Notes: generated by a model not told the origin, from the letters alone. DNA of 54,950 nt from Clostridiales bacterium (GCA_012518395.1 JAAYSJ010000089.1:1-54950), one strand, 5' to 3'; numbered from the stretch's first letter, positions 35,277 to 45,588 are shown. Numbers and translations are program-made.

Positions 35277-36197
35277 TCACATTGGGATCCTATCCTTGTC
35301 TTGCATCCGCCCAGAATAGGTTGCAAGGGCAACTACTGTCAATAAATATGGTATTATTCTGGTAATCTCACTGGGTATTCTGAATAGTTGCAGATTGTTA
35401 GACAAAGCGTCTGCGAAACCAAACAGCAAGGCAGATATCGACGACAATAGGGGATTCCCTTTGCCCATGGTTTCCGCAGCCAAGGCGATAAATCCCCTCC
35501 CCGCCACCATATCCTTTGTAAACATAGAAAGATAAGCCATGGACATAAAAGCCCCTCCGCACCCCGCAAAGATACCACCTAAAATTAATGCCGTCCTACG
35601 TATTCTATTAACGGATTTCCCTGCAGTTTCAACGGCATTGGGGGCTTCACCCGCTGCCCTAATATACACACCCAGCCTTGTCCTATCCAAAAAAATATTA
35701 ATAACAAATATGGAAACTAAGGCTATATAGGTCAATACATTCTGGTTCGAGAGTATGCCCCCCAAAATAGGAATATCCTTTAAAATGGGTATCTTTAAAT
35801 TAGGCAGTACCTTGCTTGGCAAACCCGTCGACACCCCCTTATCCCCGGTAAGCAAAAACAGGACAAAAACTGTTAGCCCGCTTGCCAAAAGGTTCAGTGC
35901 TATACCTGTCAAGATAATATCGGTTCCCAGTCTTAAATGGAAAAAGGCTAGAATCCATGAATATATAATTCCCGAGAGCACCGCTACCAACAAGCCGATC
36001 CAGGGGCTTCCTGAATAAGCGCTACCCACTACGCCCATAAGGGCACTGATGAGCATCGCACCCTCAACACTTATATTTACAACTCCTGCCCTTTCTGAGA
36101 GTAATACAGCCAAGGTAGCAAACAATATGGGTGTGGTCACGCGAATAACAGAGCTTATGAAATCAACCGTAAATATAAGATTAAATACTCTGCCCAT
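35277..36197 (-). CDS. BMP-family (nucleoside-type) ABC transporter permease
   Basis: Multi-pass membrane protein of the BPD_transp_2 type. The ATG at 36197 lies 8 nt after AAGGAGG. It overlaps the upstream permease gene. Confidence 0.85.
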   Translation of the reverse strand: MGRVFNLIFTVDFISSVIRVTTPILFATLAVLLSERAGVVNISVEGAMLISALMGVVGSAYSGSPWIGLLVAVLSGIIYSWILAFFHLRLGTDIILTGIALNLLASGLTVFVLFLLTGDKGVSTGLPSKVLPNLKIPILKDIPILGGILSNQNVLTYIALVSIFVINIFLDRTRLGVYIRAAGEAPNAVETAGKSVNRIRRTALILGGIFAGCGGAFMSMAYLSMFTKDMVAGRGFIALAAETMGKGNPLLSSISALLFGFADALSNNLQLFRIPSEITRIIPYLLTVVALATYSGRMQDKDRIPM

Positions 36198-37248
36198 GGG
36201 CAATAGCCTCCTTAACAACCATTTTATGCCTAAGCCGTCCTAGTAAGGCCGAAGCAGTTATAAGGACAATCATAATTGACTGGATTACTATTATTAATTC
36301 GTAAGGGACATCTGTCAATCTTGCCATTATACTTGATCCAATCCTGAGGTAGGACAGAAACAAGGCAGCAATTGGCACATACTGGGGCTTATTCCTTGCA
36401 AGGATAGCAATAATAACACCATCCCATCCATATCCGGGCAAGGAAGTCCACTGAAATCGCTCATACATCCCTAATAATTCCACTGAACCACCAATTCCCG
36501 CAATGGCTCCCCCAACAACTTGTGATATTACAATTGCTGAGCCAACTTTAATTCCCGAATAATGAGCAAAATTAGGGTTATTCCCTAAAACACGGATTGA
36601 ATAACCGGTTCTTGTTCTATAAATAAAAATATATATAAGAAAAATCAATATAGCAACTATAAATACACCCGTATGGATTCTGGTTTTAGGTATAAATTGT
36701 GTAAGTTTGGCGTCTGGTGGTATTTTATAAGAAGCAAGCATACCAAAGTTAGGATCCCTCAAGAAAGTATTTAAAAGGTACAAACCTAAATACAGTGCTA
36801 CATAATTTAGCATCAAGGATGAAACCATTTCATCAGCGTTGAATTTTGCTCTAAGAATTGCAGGAATGTAACACAATAACATACCTGCTAGGCCGCCACC
36901 AACAATTGCTACAAACATAAGCATGCCAGGGTGAAGGGAAAGCTTTGTTGTAATAGCGGAAGCTGTAATGGCCCCAATAAAGAAAGCACCTTCGGCACCC
37001 AAGTTAAACTGGCCACCTTGAAACATAACACAGACCGCCATACCGGTAAATGATATTGTTATCATGGTCTCAATTACTGTACCAAAATTCCTAAGGGAAC
37101 TAAGGGGTCCAAAAAGCAATGAGTTCACTGCATCAAGGGGCTGATCACTGACCATAAATATAATCATAAAAGCGATTAAAAGGGAAATAGTTATGGCAAG
37201 CGCCGTAGTAGCAATATTAAACCACCAAACTTTACTTAGTTTTCGCAT
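36181..37248 (-). CDS. BMP-family (nucleoside-type) ABC transporter permease
   Basis: Multi-pass membrane protein. The ATG at 37248 lies 6 nt after GGGAGGG. It overlaps the end of the ATPase gene. Confidence 0.85.
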   Translation of the reverse strand: MRKLSKVWWFNIATTALAITISLLIAFMIIFMVSDQPLDAVNSLLFGPLSSLRNFGTVIETMITISFTGMAVCVMFQGGQFNLGAEGAFFIGAITASAITTKLSLHPGMLMFVAIVGGGLAGMLLCYIPAILRAKFNADEMVSSLMLNYVALYLGLYLLNTFLRDPNFGMLASYKIPPDAKLTQFIPKTRIHTGVFIVAILIFLIYIFIYRTRTGYSIRVLGNNPNFAHYSGIKVGSAIVISQVVGGAIAGIGGSVELLGMYERFQWTSLPGYGWDGVIIAILARNKPQYVPIAALFLSYLRIGSSIMARLTDVPYELIIVIQSIMIVLITASALLGRLRHKMVVKEAIAHGQSI

Positions 37249-38791
37249 TATAGGCCCTCCCAATCTCCGCGTCACTTTGTTTTTTAACCCCTAGCATATA
37301 ATTACCCAGTTCTATTTCAGAGACATTTAGTACATCCTCTATGTTGGCTGTAATCTGCCCATTATATAGGACAATAATCCTGTCTGAAAGCCTTTTCAGT
37401 TCTTCAAGATCAGCAGATACCAATAAAATAGCACATCCATCATTTCTAAGCTGAATCAATTTCCTATGGATGAATTCCGCAGCCCCGATATCGATACCCC
37501 TCGTGGGCTGTTCTGCGATAATTATTTTTGCACCACTGGAAAATTCCCTTGCAACCACAACCCTTTGAATATTTCCGCCAGATAACATCCCAACCTCGGT
37601 TTTTTCTGAGGTGGCTCTTATACTATAATCAGAAATCAGGTTTTTCGCCATCTTACGGATTTTTTTTCTGTCCAATAAATTAAAATTATAAATCGATTTG
37701 TTATTAAGCATTATAGATATTAAATTGTCCTCGATACTCATATCCTTTGCTATACCAAGAGTCATTCTATCACTTGGTATATATGACATGCCCATATCCC
37801 TGAGATCCCTTATGCTTTTGCCTGTTGTAGGCTTTTCAAATAGTTGGACTTCTCCGCTATCTGGCTTTAATATACCTGTAATTATTTCAATGAGCTCATC
37901 CTGACCATTACCTTCTACGCCGGCTATGCCTACAATTTCACCTGCTCCAACGGTAAGAGAAATATCATCAACAAGCTTTTTTTTGTTTGCATCTGTCCAA
38001 ACTAAATTACTAACTGCAAGTCTGTTTTCCAGTACGGGGAATTTGTCCTTTTCTATTATACCGGAAGAACTGCTGCCGACCATCATTGAAGAGATCTCTT
38101 GTTGGGATACGTCCTCCGTATTCACAGTAGCAATCATTTCACCCCGTCGCATAACACTGATTCTATCGGATATTTCCTTTACTTCCCTTAATTTATGGGA
38201 TATAAAAATAACTGTATAGCCCTGTTCCTTTAATACTTTTAGTTGATTGAAAAGCTCCCCTGTCTCCTGGGGTGTTAGTACAGCAGTAGGTTCATCAAGT
38301 ATCAATACCTTTGCGCCCCTGTAAAGGGCTTTCAAAATCTCAACTTTTTGCTTTAATCCTACAGCCAAATCCGCTGTTATCATATCCGGATCTATCTTAA
38401 AATTAAATAATTCTGAAAGTTCTAATACCTTTTGTCGAGCTGTTTTTCTATCTATAAATATTCCCTTTACAGATTCGTATCCAAAAACAACATTCTCCAT
38501 TACTGTCAAAGATCCAACCAGCATAAAATGTTGATGTACCATCCCAATGCCCAAGGACATAGCATCCTGTGGGGAATGGAAAACCACAGGCCTGTCGTTT
38601 ATCAAAATTTCTCCGGCGTCCATTTCTTCAAGCCCGTATAATACCTTCATCAATGTGCTTTTCCCCGCACCATTTTCCCCCACTAGAGCATGGATTTCCC
38701 CTTCACGAACAGAAAAGTTAACATGTCTATTTGCATATATTCCGTTACCGTAAACCTTGGAAATTTCCTTCATCTGAATTAAATCCGGCAT
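37232..38791 (-). CDS. ABC transporter ATP-binding protein with two fused ATPase domains
   Basis: The first domain has GENGAGKST, the signature-like LKQKVEILKAL and ILDEPT. The second domain has GVEGNGQDEL, LSGGNIQRV and IIAEQPTRGID. The architecture is RbsA/NupO-like. Confidence 0.9.
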   Translation of the reverse strand: MPDLIQMKEISKVYGNGIYANRHVNFSVREGEIHALVGENGAGKSTLMKVLYGLEEMDAGEILINDRPVVFHSPQDAMSLGIGMVHQHFMLVGSLTVMENVVFGYESVKGIFIDRKTARQKVLELSELFNFKIDPDMITADLAVGLKQKVEILKALYRGAKVLILDEPTAVLTPQETGELFNQLKVLKEQGYTVIFISHKLREVKEISDRISVMRRGEMIATVNTEDVSQQEISSMMVGSSSSGIIEKDKFPVLENRLAVSNLVWTDANKKKLVDDISLTVGAGEIVGIAGVEGNGQDELIEIITGILKPDSGEVQLFEKPTTGKSIRDLRDMGMSYIPSDRMTLGIAKDMSIEDNLISIMLNNKSIYNFNLLDRKKIRKMAKNLISDYSIRATSEKTEVGMLSGGNIQRVVVAREFSSGAKIIIAEQPTRGIDIGAAEFIHRKLIQLRNDGCAILLVSADLEELKRLSDRIIVLYNGQITANIEDVLNVSEIELGNYMLGVKKQSDAEIGRAYNAKTK

Positions 38792-38867
38792 GTTGACCCC
38801 CATTTTAGGTTTAGAAGCGGCTTATGCCGCCTCTAAACCAGATCATTAATTCTGCTTAGGCTTAAGG

Positions 38868-39974
38868 TTAAGGCTGCACTGATTCTTTCATCTCTTCCAA
38901 TTCCTCTGCAGTCATGTCGAAAGCGCTTTTTACTTTAATCTCACCTTTTTCAATCTTCTCCTGCAATTCTGCTATCTTATCTATCATATCCTGGGTGACT
39001 ATTCCACGATATATCTCGTTATCCGCCAGCCCAAGGGCGTTTTCCTGTAAGCCTAATACTTCCGTTTCGCCATAAGGCAGTTTGCCCTCTAAATGCAGCT
39101 TAATAGCACGAAGTATGGTCTGATCTATATTCTTCAGTACGGAACTGACGATCCATTTTGCAGTATCAGGGTTTGATTCTTTCAGAGCCATAGCTTGGTC
39201 GGCATCAACTCCTATTGCATATGCCTCAGCGGTTTTTGCTGCATCAATCAAACCTAAACCTGCCTGGGCGGCAACGTTAAACCCAACGCTGGAACCCAAG
39301 TTAAATTGAGCTAAAGCCAATTCCTTGGCCTTTGCTGTATCATCAAAATCGCCGATATAAGATACTGCAACCTTTATATCCTCGACTGTTTCCTGGGCTC
39401 CTTGAATATAGCCAACGATGAAATCGTTAATTACGGGTATTTCCATGCCCCCAACAGCGCCGATTATTTTTTGGCCGTTACTAATAGATGAATCACTTGC
39501 AATCATAGAGGCCAGGGCCCCTGCCAGATAGCTGGCCTCGTTTTGTTTAAATATCACAGAGTAGACGTTTTTCAAGTCATGATCATCGTATTCTACCGTT
39601 GAGTCGAAAATGATGTACTTCTTATCAGGATATTGTGGGGCAACCTTTTCAAGGACTTCCTGCATCTGGTATGTACCAACGATTATTACATCATAATCTT
39701 GCTCAGATACATCAAATAGGTTCGGCTCCCACTTGGCGTTATCAAAACCCATCTCAATGACCTTAGTTTCAATACCCAATTCTTCCTTAATTAATGTCAT
39801 ACCGTTGTTGGCTGAATCATGGAAGGATTTGTCGCCTAGATTGCCATTCAAAAGACATACCACCTTTAAAGTATCACCTTTTGCACCATCGGCTTTTTGG
39901 CCGGACTTACCACAGGCAACAAGGACAAACACCATCGCAACAATCAGTATAATGGACAATAGCTTCTTATTCAC
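38868..39974 (-). CDS. BMP-family (PnrA/Med-like) substrate-binding lipoprotein
   Basis: Contains a signal peptide with lipobox (LVAC). The body is typical of basic-membrane-protein-family binding proteins. The GTG start follows AAGGAGAAGG. Confidence 0.85.
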   Translation of the reverse strand: MNKKLLSIILIVAMVFVLVACGKSGQKADGAKGDTLKVVCLLNGNLGDKSFHDSANNGMTLIKEELGIETKVIEMGFDNAKWEPNLFDVSEQDYDVIIVGTYQMQEVLEKVAPQYPDKKYIIFDSTVEYDDHDLKNVYSVIFKQNEASYLAGALASMIASDSSISNGQKIIGAVGGMEIPVINDFIVGYIQGAQETVEDIKVAVSYIGDFDDTAKAKELALAQFNLGSSVGFNVAAQAGLGLIDAAKTAEAYAIGVDADQAMALKESNPDTAKWIVSSVLKNIDQTILRAIKLHLEGKLPYGETEVLGLQENALGLADNEIYRGIVTQDMIDKIAELQEKIEKGEIKVKSAFDMTAEELEEMKESVQP

Positions 39975-40017
39975 TTTAACCTTCTCCTTTTCTTTATATT
40001 AAGGGGGTATCCCCTTC

Positions 40018-40971
40018 TTATCTTTTATAAGGCTTTTTCATATGGTCAAATATCATATTTACGAATTTATCCCTGTCAACCTTTACAGATATAAAGCAAT
40101 TGGTTTCTTTACCTGTGATGCCCCATAGATCAGCCACCGTTTCCCCCCGAGTCAATGGATCATTGACGGAAACATCAAGATAGGTCCTTTCGTACTGAAT
40201 AAGGCTGTCGTCAATCAAAACACCTACACATAAGGCATCATGGACAGGGCAGGATTTGATTCCGAAATGATCAAGGTGGGTTGAAGCAAAAAAGTCAAGA
40301 AGCTCGGCAACAATAACCGATACTTTATCACCCTGGGCTCGTAAATTTTCTATATCTTCATTATAGAACACAGCCTTCATTGAAACGTCCAGGGTATTTA
40401 AATATATATTGCACCCACTGGAAAAAACAATTTTTGCGGCCTCAGGATCAACATAAATATTAAATTCAGCTGCTGAAGTAATATTACCCGGCGTATATAC
40501 AGCGCCGCCCATGATTACTATCTTCTCAATGTTATCCTTTATATCAGGTGCTTTAATAAGTGCCATGGCTATATTCGTTAGTGGACCGGTAGGAATTAGG
40601 GTGATTTTTTCATCCGATTCTCTAAGAGTTTTTATAATGAAATCAACAGCGTGTTCCTTCTCTATAGGGGTCACCGGAGGCGGAATGTCAGGGCCTCCCA
40701 GACCGTCTTCTCCATGGATTATCGCGCCAGTCAACCTGTACAGGTTGTGCATCATGGGATGATTGCAACCTTTATAAACCGGTACATCAAAAACCTCGGC
40801 ATAATCCAACACTCTTCTGGCATTTCTTACCGTATGTTCGATTTCGCTATTACCAGCAACAGTAGTAACTCCAAGGATTTTAAGATTATCCGCACGAGAT
40901 GCAAGGAGCAGTGCAATTGCATCATCATGCCCAGGGTCACAGTCAATAATTATTTTTTTCTTATTAGACAT
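40018..40971 (-). CDS. Nucleoside hydrolase (IUNH family)
   Basis: Contains the N-terminal aspartate cluster (IIDCDPGHDDAIALLLA). The length (317 aa) is typical of RihA/B/C-type enzymes. Confidence 0.9.
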   Translation of the reverse strand: MSNKKKIIIDCDPGHDDAIALLLASRADNLKILGVTTVAGNSEIEHTVRNARRVLDYAEVFDVPVYKGCNHPMMHNLYRLTGAIIHGEDGLGGPDIPPPVTPIEKEHAVDFIIKTLRESDEKITLIPTGPLTNIAMALIKAPDIKDNIEKIVIMGGAVYTPGNITSAAEFNIYVDPEAAKIVFSSGCNIYLNTLDVSMKAVFYNEDIENLRAQGDKVSVIVAELLDFFASTHLDHFGIKSCPVHDALCVGVLIDDSLIQYERTYLDVSVNDPLTRGETVADLWGITGKETNCFISVKVDRDKFVNMIFDHMKKPYKR

Positions 40972-41037
40972 ATATTGATTCTTCCCTTTCGTTAAATATT
41001 TTTTTGAGCTTTTGCACCATGCATATTAGATGGCAAA

Positions 41038-41667
41038 TTAAAAATCGTTTATATTGTGGCTTAGAAATTTGTAGTACATTCTTTCTATTACTTCTTTCTG
41101 TTCTTTGGAGATAACTATTTTACCTTTGTATAAAGATATCAGTTCCTTTTCTTTTAATTTAATAATACACCTGTTTATGGTTCTGACACTGACCCCGCAG
41201 GTCTCGGCCAATTGCTGCCTTGTTTTTACAACAACCCCCTCATCCTCAGAATGTAATAGCCCTGCCAGCCTAATGATAGCCGGATGTTGCGAGTATTTTA
41301 TGGCCTCCATAGAAGATTCATAAAGTTTTTTTGCCAAAGCTAATGACAATTTTCTAACTATGTATATGTCCGTTTCAAACCATTTTAAGAAGGTCTTAGA
41401 CGGTATCCTTATTAAGTCACAATCTGTATATGCCCTGGCATTATAAGCAATAATATTTTCACCTATCAGTGCTTCCATTTCGCCTATCATATTGCCCTCT
41501 TTGACAAAAACAACCTTTGTCACATGATCATTTGGATTACTGCTTGAAACCTCTACCACGCCTTTGCAAATAATGAAGATATGATCTAAGGTATCACCAT
41601 AATGCATAAGGAAGCTATCTCTTCTAATCTTGGTAAAGGTTGTTGATAGCCAGATCCTGTCAGGCAT
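41038..41667 (-). CDS. Crp/Fnr-family transcriptional regulator
   Basis: Contains a cNMP-binding-like beta-roll (IFIICKGVVEV...GEMEAL) and a C-terminal helix-turn-helix (RQQLAETCGVSVRTINRCIIKLKE). Confidence 0.85.
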   Translation of the reverse strand: MPDRIWLSTTFTKIRRDSFLMHYGDTLDHIFIICKGVVEVSSSNPNDHVTKVVFVKEGNMIGEMEALIGENIIAYNARAYTDCDLIRIPSKTFLKWFETDIYIVRKLSLALAKKLYESSMEAIKYSQHPAIIRLAGLLHSEDEGVVVKTRQQLAETCGVSVRTINRCIIKLKEKELISLYKGKIVISKEQKEVIERMYYKFLSHNINDF

Positions 41668-42028
41668 ATGGTTAATTATCCCCGAAACTATAGGATATTC
41701 CCTAATAATTCTTGCTCTTTCATAAATTTCTATGATAGACCACAGCTTTCACAGAGTATTAGGTTCTTTGTAAATAAAATATGCAATAGCTTCATATACG
41801 AAAAAAATGCTTTATTACAGTTTTATAATACCACTTGCCCAGGAGCCACAAAAGGACATGTGTCATCTTTTTTATATTTGTCTAATATATATTTTGCACC
41901 AAATTTTCAGATAAGAATATATAGGTCAAAAAATACAGCAACTTCTTCAATAACAAGAAATTTTTCATCATGTGTTACCCCAATTCTTTCACATTCCCCC
42001 AATTAAATCAAGAGCATTTTGATCCTTA

Positions 42029-43222
42029 TTATTCTTCAAGGACAGACGAAATGTTCGTTTTTACCAACCCCTTGGAAAGTAGCTTTTGAAGAGCAATTAT
42101 AATAAATAAGATAAGTGCAGGATAAATCCAAAATGCACCTTTTATACTGATGTAATCCCCCACTGTCCCTATCAAAAAGGGAACAAAGGAACCGCCTACA
42201 GCTCCAGACGTCATTAAAATGCCCATTGCAGTACCTTTATTCTCTTGAAATTCCTCTGTAGTAATAGATACCATTACTGGCCAAGCTGTCGCAAATCCAA
42301 AGCCGGCGATTATAAAACAAACAAATCCAAAAATAGCGTTATTGATTACTAGTGCAGATGTGACGCTGACCAAAGTTAGAAACAGACCTGCCCTTAGAAA
42401 AGTGGATACTTTTCTGTTGGGCACACTGGCTCCTATGGCTCTTCCAATCATCATCCCCATCCAATACCCGGATAAGGCATATGTCCCCCAAACCTGGCTT
42501 TTGTATGCAATATTAAAAAATGTAGTCATCCAGAAAGCCAGCCCCCCTTCAATGCCCACATAGACTAACATAGAAATGCTTAGTATCAGCAAATTTCTGT
42601 TTCGCAGGAGTTTATAGGATAATCCTTTGTTCTCCCTTTCTACTTCAGCCTCGACAGTTCCCCCAAAGCTAAAGCTGGTAAAGGCTATAGTAATTAAAAA
42701 ATATAAGCCGATAAATAACATGAAAACATACTTCCAATTTCCAAATCGATTGATTATAAACATGGTAAAAAGCGGCCCAATAGTAGCCCCCAGCACAAAA
42801 AACACCTGAGAAATATTTATCGCCTTAATGACCTCTTTGGGGTTAACACTGGATAAAAGGGTAGAGAGGGTGCCCTCTATTACAATAGCCCCACTCCCAA
42901 TCATGAAAATCCCCACGGCTATGAATATAACCCCTCGTAATAAGCTTATCGTTAATAAACCGGTCATTACTATGCATAAAGCCACAATAATAACAATTTT
43001 ATTACCCTTTCGGTCACTTATTGCCCCGAATACTAAGGGGGCGGTAATTGACCCTATAAAATACAGGGCTATTAAAATGCCTGTGATGGAATCACTTAGG
43101 GAATATTCAGCTGCAATTATTCCAATAATATTTTGATAGCCTGAAAGAAACAATCCTATAAGACCCATAGTCAAGAACGATACAATATTGATTTTTTTAT
43201 TCACAACAACGGTCTCCCCCAT
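42029..43222 (-). CDS. MFS transporter
   Basis: About 12 predicted transmembrane segments with an MFS loop motif (GAISDRKGNK). The start may instead be the GTG at 43204, 9 nt after GGGGGAG. Confidence 0.85.
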   Translation of the reverse strand: MGETVVVNKKINIVSFLTMGLIGLFLSGYQNIIGIIAAEYSLSDSITGILIALYFIGSITAPLVFGAISDRKGNKIVIIVALCIVMTGLLTISLLRGVIFIAVGIFMIGSGAIVIEGTLSTLLSSVNPKEVIKAINISQVFFVLGATIGPLFTMFIINRFGNWKYVFMLFIGLYFLITIAFTSFSFGGTVEAEVERENKGLSYKLLRNRNLLILSISMLVYVGIEGGLAFWMTTFFNIAYKSQVWGTYALSGYWMGMMIGRAIGASVPNRKVSTFLRAGLFLTLVSVTSALVINNAIFGFVCFIIAGFGFATAWPVMVSITTEEFQENKGTAMGILMTSGAVGGSFVPFLIGTVGDYISIKGAFWIYPALILFIIIALQKLLSKGLVKTNISSVLEE

Positions 43223-43252
43223 AACGTAATAACGATGCTAATAAAAAGTTAT

Positions 43253-44419
43253 TTATAAATCAAATACCTCAACATTCTTCAATGCCCTGTCTATGAGCAC
43301 AGTACCATCTACTAGGACTTCGGCGTCCCTTACTGCCTTAACCTTAGGCTTGGTAGTTGGGTGTCTTGGCACAAATACTGTACAGCAATCTTCGTAAGGA
43401 AGTATTGATGTCTCATAGGTATTTATTTTCTCTGCTATTTCCATGATTTCAACCTTATCCAGGCCTATAAGCGGCCTGAATACTGTCATATCGACTGCAT
43501 CATTGGTTGATGCTAACCCCTCCAGGGTCTGACTTGCAACCTGTCCTATGCTTTCACCGGTGACCAAGGCTTGGGATCCTTCCCTAATGGCAATCATCTC
43601 CGCAATCTTCATCATAAAACGTCTCATTAGTATAGTTAAGAGCCCATCGGGACATTTTTCGTAAAGCTCCTGTTGTAACTCTGTAAAGGGTACAACATAC
43701 AGTCTTATGGAACCGCAATACTTAGTAAGCAGCCTACATAGATCTAATACCTTTTCCTTGGATTTATCGCTGGTATAAGGAAAGCTATGGTAATGAACAG
43801 CTGTCAATGTAACCCCGCGTTTTGCAATCATCCAACCTGCTACAGGACTATCAATTCCACCAGATAATAGTAAAGTCGCTTTACCGTTAGTACCTACAGG
43901 CATGCCTCCAGCACCCGGTATATTCTCATGGTAGGCATAAGCACATTCCCTTATCTCTAGATTGATCCTTATATCCGGATTGTGAACGTCAACCTTTAGA
44001 CCCTTAAAATTCTGCAGTACAAAGGCTCCTATCTCCCTGCTTAATTCCATGGAATTAAGGGGGAATGTCTTATCAGCCCTTCTGGATTCTATTTTGAAAG
44101 TGGGATTTTCTTTTGTAGATTTTTCCATAGCATCGACCATTACATCCTTTACCATGGCTTTGACGGAATCCATACTCTTTTCTGATTTCCAGGCAGGGTT
44201 GATCCCTACGATACCGAAAACCATAGATAGGCTGTCAAGTATTGATCCTTCTATTGCAATATTTTCTATATAAATTCTACCTTGCTCTTTATAGACCCGT
44301 GGCCTTCCATAATGCTTTAATGCACCTTTTATATTATTAACAAGCCTGTTTTCAAAAAAAGGCCTGTTAAGGCCCTTTAGGTATATTTCTCCGTATCTAA
44401 TAAGAATTAACCTATCCAT
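43253..44419 (-). CDS. thiI: tRNA 4-thiouridine(8) synthase ThiI
   Basis: Contains N-terminal ferredoxin-like and THUMP domains (LIRYGEIYLKG) and the PP-loop (LLSGGIDSPVAGW). The ATG at 44419 lies 8 nt after AGGAGG. Confidence 0.9.
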   Translation of the reverse strand: MDRLILIRYGEIYLKGLNRPFFENRLVNNIKGALKHYGRPRVYKEQGRIYIENIAIEGSILDSLSMVFGIVGINPAWKSEKSMDSVKAMVKDVMVDAMEKSTKENPTFKIESRRADKTFPLNSMELSREIGAFVLQNFKGLKVDVHNPDIRINLEIRECAYAYHENIPGAGGMPVGTNGKATLLLSGGIDSPVAGWMIAKRGVTLTAVHYHSFPYTSDKSKEKVLDLCRLLTKYCGSIRLYVVPFTELQQELYEKCPDGLLTILMRRFMMKIAEMIAIREGSQALVTGESIGQVASQTLEGLASTNDAVDMTVFRPLIGLDKVEIMEIAEKINTYETSILPYEDCCTVFVPRHPTTKPKVKAVRDAEVLVDGTVLIDRALKNVEVFDL

Positions 44420-44424
44420 AAGGC

Positions 44425-45588
44425 TCACCTCCTGGTATATTTTTTAACTTGATCTATAGCTGCTCTCAAAATACTGGGAATACAAGATAATTCTTCGAGA
44501 GTATTCAAATAGGAAAGACTTATCCGTATCGTCCCCTCAGCCACAAGTTTGTCTGCTCCTATGGCGCTTAGAACATGGCTTTTATCCGATTTTCGGGAAG
44601 AACAGGCTGATCCAGTACTTACATACACTCCATGGGTCTCAAGCACATGCATCAATGTTTCCCCTTTGATTCCAGGTATACTGAGGCTTACAATATGGGG
44701 TGCCCCCATTCCCGGCTCGGGCCCGTTAATTACAGCTTCTGGTACCGCTTTAAATATTCCTTTTACTAAAGCTGCTTTTATCTCGCTGAGTGTATCCTCT
44801 TCCTTTGCCTTTATCTCTTTTATCCAACTAACCGCCTTCCCAAGCCCCACAATACCGGGTAAGTTTTCGGTGCCGCTGCGTATCCCCCATTCTTGTCCTC
44901 CGCCCCATTGTCGGGGGTTTATAGATATTCCGTTTTTTACATAAAGTATTCCTATACCCTTAGGAGCATGAATTTTATGCCCGCTGGCGCTTAGTAAATC
45001 GATTCCCCATTCCCCGGGTTTTAAATCCAGTCTGCCGAATGACTGCACTGAATCGGTATGAAAAATTATATCAGGGTAATTCCTCTTGAGGTATAACCCT
45101 ATCTCGCCTAAAGGCTGGATTGAACCGATTTCGCTATTAACATGGCCAATACTAACCAGCACTGTGTTATCTTTTATAGCATTTTTCAATTCCTCTATAT
45201 CTATAGAGCCATTTTTATCTACTGACAAATAGGTTACGTCCCAACCTTCTCCCTGTAAATAGGCAAAGGTATTTAGTACCGAAGAATGTTCTATTTGGGT
45301 TGTTATACAATGGTTCCCAAATCTTTTCCTAGCTGATGCAGCGCCTAAAATTCCAAGATTGTTAGATTCTGTGCCGCCTGATGTAAATATTATTTCTTTA
45401 TCTTCTGCTCTAATAAACCCAGCTACAATATTTCGGGCATCCTTCATCAAACGTTCGGATTGGAGGCCTAGATGGTGGAGGGAAGAGGGATTGCCAAACT
45501 CCTCCGTTAAACATCTGAATACACCGTCTGCAACCTGGCGGGATACTTGTGTGGTTGCAGCATTATCTAAGTATATTTTTTCTATCAT
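44425..45588 (-). CDS. Cysteine desulfurase (class V aminotransferase, NifS/IscS/NifZ-like)
   Basis: Contains YLDNAATT, the PLP-lysine context (SASGHKIHAPKGIG) and the catalytic-Cys loop (SGSACSS). Pairing with thiI mirrors the B. subtilis nifZ-thiI arrangement. Confidence 0.88.
   Translation of the reverse strand: MIEKIYLDNAATTQVSRQVADGVFRCLTEEFGNPSSLHHLGLQSERLMKDARNIVAGFIRAEDKEIIFTSGGTESNNLGILGAASARKRFGNHCITTQIEHSSVLNTFAYLQGEGWDVTYLSVDKNGSIDIEELKNAIKDNTVLVSIGHVNSEIGSIQPLGEIGLYLKRNYPDIIFHTDSVQSFGRLDLKPGEWGIDLLSASGHKIHAPKGIGILYVKNGISINPRQWGGGQEWGIRSGTENLPGIVGLGKAVSWIKEIKAKEEDTLSEIKAALVKGIFKAVPEAVINGPEPGMGAPHIVSLSIPGIKGETLMHVLETHGVYVSTGSACSSRKSDKSHVLSAIGADKLVAEGTIRISLSYLNTLEELSCIPSILRAAIDQVKKYTRR

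Noticed and set aside
41882-41971. 29-codon minus-strand ORF (MMKNFLLLKKLLYFLTYIFLSENLVQNIY) with GGGG 6 nt upstream.
   Set aside because: It is too short to support from sequence alone and has no recognisable family. It is kept only as a note for Ribo-seq or peptide data.
41668-42006. Plus-strand 112-aa ORF in the Crp/MFS intergenic region.
   Set aside because: It is an AT-rich, low-complexity translation (many F, Y, N, I, S residues) with no ribosome-binding site. It starts immediately at the divergent end of the Crp gene, which is typical of a chance ORF in promoter DNA.
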